NCBI GenBank assembly: GCA_050575255.1
Contig: JBNZDD010013666.1
Span: 4,066,293-4,130,292 of the forward strand
Direction of reading: 5' to 3'
Source of the DNA: Harriotta raleighana
Taxonomy: Eukaryota
DNA length: 64,000 nt
This document shows positions 61,349 through 64,000 of the stretch, in pieces. A program made the position numbers and the translations under genes. Numbering within the stretch: the first letter of the stretch is position 1; each line of letters opens with the position of its first letter. The notes under the pieces are model-generated. The model was not told where the DNA came from. It saw nothing but the letters and a program-made list of their open reading frames with translations, and searched no databases.

Positions 61349-61657
61349 GGAGTCCTGTAGCTCACTGGTTAGAGCACTCGCCTTACAAGCTGTGTTAAAA
61401 TCAAGGCAAGTCAGGCGAAACCTTGGGCACATTTACTTATTCCACGTGCAAAAATAATAATCCCCAAAAAATGTTTATAAAAATTGATTATTCAATCCAC
61501 AACTGTTTGTGGGACATTGCTGTGCGCAATTGGCTGCCACGTTTCTCCCACAAATATACAGTCAATTCACTTTACAGTATATTCTGCAAAGCGCTTTGAG
61601 ACATCTAGAAGACATGAAAAGCACTATATCAATTGCGAGTATTCTTCTTCTTCTTAT
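61349..61657 (+). mobile_element. tRNA-derived SINE, near full length
   Basis: GGAGTCCTGTAGCTCACTGGTTAGAGCAC head with a small deletion before the B-box, plus full body. Confidence 0.9.
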
Positions 61658-62879
61658 TTACCTGCTGGTTGTTTGTGAACTAATGCTGTGCATATATCGG
61701 CTGCTGTGTTCTCTCTCAAAATACATACCTAATAATAAATATTGTGAAGTTCTTTGAAATATTTCAACATGATGGGAGCGGTATCAAATGCAAGGATTAT
61801 TATTATATAATGTGTAGACATATATTTTTGTGTCTCATTGAAATCACCAATATTATACCAACATGCCAAATAACACACAAGCAGATTCTGGAGCAAATGT
61901 CTTTGGTTTAACATTTCACTACAGCGCTTTCATATTACAAAACACTTTTTTTATTTGCAGTTACAAAAGAAATCCAGATTTTTCTATCAAACACATATGT
62001 CAATCCTTGTGAAGCATTGGATTCAAAATTGAATGCAGTTTTGTGGTTAGCAGCCTATTTAATTACAAAGGCATAATACTACCCTTTAAAAAGCCTATAA
62101 AATGTTAACCAGCCCATGCAATACTTTTTTTTAATACTTTGTAGAGACTGATAATAAACACACTATCAAAGGGATGATGTTCAGATTTCAGTTTTCTGAA
62201 GTAGTGGAGACCAATGGAATACATACTGTTTTTTCTAACCTTTCCATTTTGAGAAATTAATTATTATTTTTCTTGTTTAAGGATACAGGGGTTAGGGACA
62301 AAGTTGAAATAACATAGTCTGGAATGTCCATGTTTTTGAGCAGAATTTGGCTGCGGATTGCAATGTCTGCTGCACACATGGCTGTCTCAACACGGCAGGT
62401 GGCTTGCTGCCTCGTCTAAGCACTACTGACTTGGCCTCCGTCTGTTAGGATCTAACACTGTTTAACCCTTTTGGGTCTTCTCCTGGCTACACTTCCATTG
62501 GTAAACGCAGCAGAAATATTAAACATTGCAGTTCCTCATCATCTGGTCCATCTAGATCCAAACTTGTGTGGTATTTTAGATGTATCAGCACAAAACAGAT
62601 GGGACAAAACAATAGTCTTTCAGAGTTGTTGCTTTTGGAAAGTAGATGTATTATTAGTGTGAATGCAGGTCATAAAGATCTGCAATAGAGCATTAGCTCG
62701 TTGTGAGTACTGCTTCAAATTTGATCTCATTACATTAGGTAAATATTACACTGAATACAGCTACAAGTGAAGATTTCTCGCTCAGCTTTGGGTTAACTGG
62801 AATATGGTGATTAAAGTAAGCAAAACGTGCGGACAGGGGAACATTCAGTGATGGATCAGTTAATATGTTCTACGTTTTG

Positions 62880-63070
62880 AAGCCTAGTCTGTTTTGAACC
62901 AGCTTATCTCATCTGGGGGCTACAATGGTCACTGCAAATTGACCTCAGCCTCCCTTGGGTAACTCATGGGTAAGGAGGAGAGAACGTACTTATTCTTCAG
63001 TGGTCACTGATGAAAAAAGCACACTGTAGACATTGGGTGAAGACCAAAAAGGGCAGGCTGATACCTCATG
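62880..63070 (+). mobile_element. Old SINE-like repeat (family B)
   Basis: gcaaattgacctcagc...tagacattgggtgaagacca, similar to the copy at 21450. Confidence 0.45.
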
Positions 63071-63227
63071 AGAAAAAGGGGAAAATTAAAGCGGGGTAGA
63101 AATTCTGTCTCTTCATATTGATTTTTGGTATGTAAGGAGGTCAACAATCAGCACTTTTAAATCCAACATATGTGAATGTCACTGACACGTCAGGACCCTT
63201 ACCAGTTCTCTTACCTCGACTATGCTC

Positions 63228-63503
63228 TCAGCTGTGAGCCCTGTTGCCAAGAGATTTCCAAAAACTAGAGCGAGCTAGGCAGTGCCTCTTTGAGGAAACC
63301 TTTGAGGAGGTAGTTTGACATGAAAGAAGGTTCTTGCTTCTGATTTTGTCTGAACTGCTATAAATTGGTGGGTCAGAGAGGATATAAAAAGCACAGCTGA
63401 GTGCTTTTTGGAAATATTTTGTGGAGAATAAGGTACAGTATGTTAAGATGTTATAGGCTACTGGAGGGAGGTAGTTTAACAGTGCATCTGAGAGCCTTAA
63501 CAA
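63228..63503 (-). mobile_element. Very old L2-like ORF2 C-terminal remnant
   Basis: The translation keeps the spacing of L2 motifs (YLPP..YNIL...KAL...IRS..LL...FWKSL). Heavily diverged. Confidence 0.4.
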
Positions 63504-64000
63504 TTTTAGAGTCTTTTTTACCTACTTCACATCACTTTCTTTTGATATGCTCTTGTCTCCTACGCTTTTGTTCAGCTTCCTATAATAACAACTTTATTTT
63601 TGCATTTTTATCCCTTTTAACATTTTTTCTCATTATTTCTGCCTGCGAATAACTCACAAAATTGCACTCTATCCAGCTGAGAGGGAGAGGATATGAGTCA
63701 CAGTATCAGTCACAGTAACTGTAACTGCCTCTGAGTTCCAAATGGGTCACTTAAATTTGGGAAAAGGTGAAGTTTGTTGCTTTTACTGTATTCCCATCCC
63801 ACCTATCTCGGCCAATCTCTAAATTGGAATAAGCTTGCTCAATACTAACAGCAAGTGTTAGTGCCAGAACTCTTGATTATCTGGTTAAAGTGTAAACGCT
63901 CTACTCACTGAGCATAATCACCTTGGAGTCAGGTACCTTAGCAGCTCACAGAATGAGAGACAGACATGTACATGTGCAAAAGGAGCCTGAGACAACCCTA

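Larger units (their letters stand above)
6893..64000 (+). other. RNF220: Very long RNF220 intron following the first coding exon (runs past the window end)
   Basis: Starts GTAAGT. The expected next exon (KKKAAALFDSQAPICPIC-like in human) was not seen. The equivalent human intron is also very long. Confidence 0.8.

Noticed and set aside
12090-62800. Recurring GGGTTAA/TTAACCC, suggesting piggyBac ends
   Set aside because: No matching extended TIR pairs, and the frequency is not clearly above chance for this base composition.

Overview
Vertebrate genomic DNA, AT-rich and CpG-depleted. The repeat content points to a cartilaginous fish, probably a holocephalan (inference). The window holds the 5' end of RNF220 on the + strand: promoter near 4.4 kb, two candidate non-coding first exons, and the first coding exon (6153-6892; ATG 6265, 209 codons plus 1 nt, phase-1 donor). 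About 57 kb of the very long following intron comes next, and no further RNF220 coding exon was recognised. A CpG-rich promoter at about 460-815 has a minus-strand splice donor and probably starts a divergent gene (ERI3 by human synteny; inference). The intron contains many copies of a young tRNA-derived SINE, an older SINE family, a Deu-domain SINE, CR1 and L2 LINE fragments, a Tigger-type MITE, a Penelope-type repeat with a decayed hammerhead core, and repeat-free blocks that look like conserved non-coding elements. The best leads are two candidate microexons (a frame-preserving 21-nt and a frameshifting 17-nt), a long hairpin with pseudoknot potential, a recursive-splice-like site, and three ZNF143/THAP11-motif promoter modules. 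All other ORFs in the track look spurious or transposon-derived. Repeat boundaries are approximate and were read by eye.
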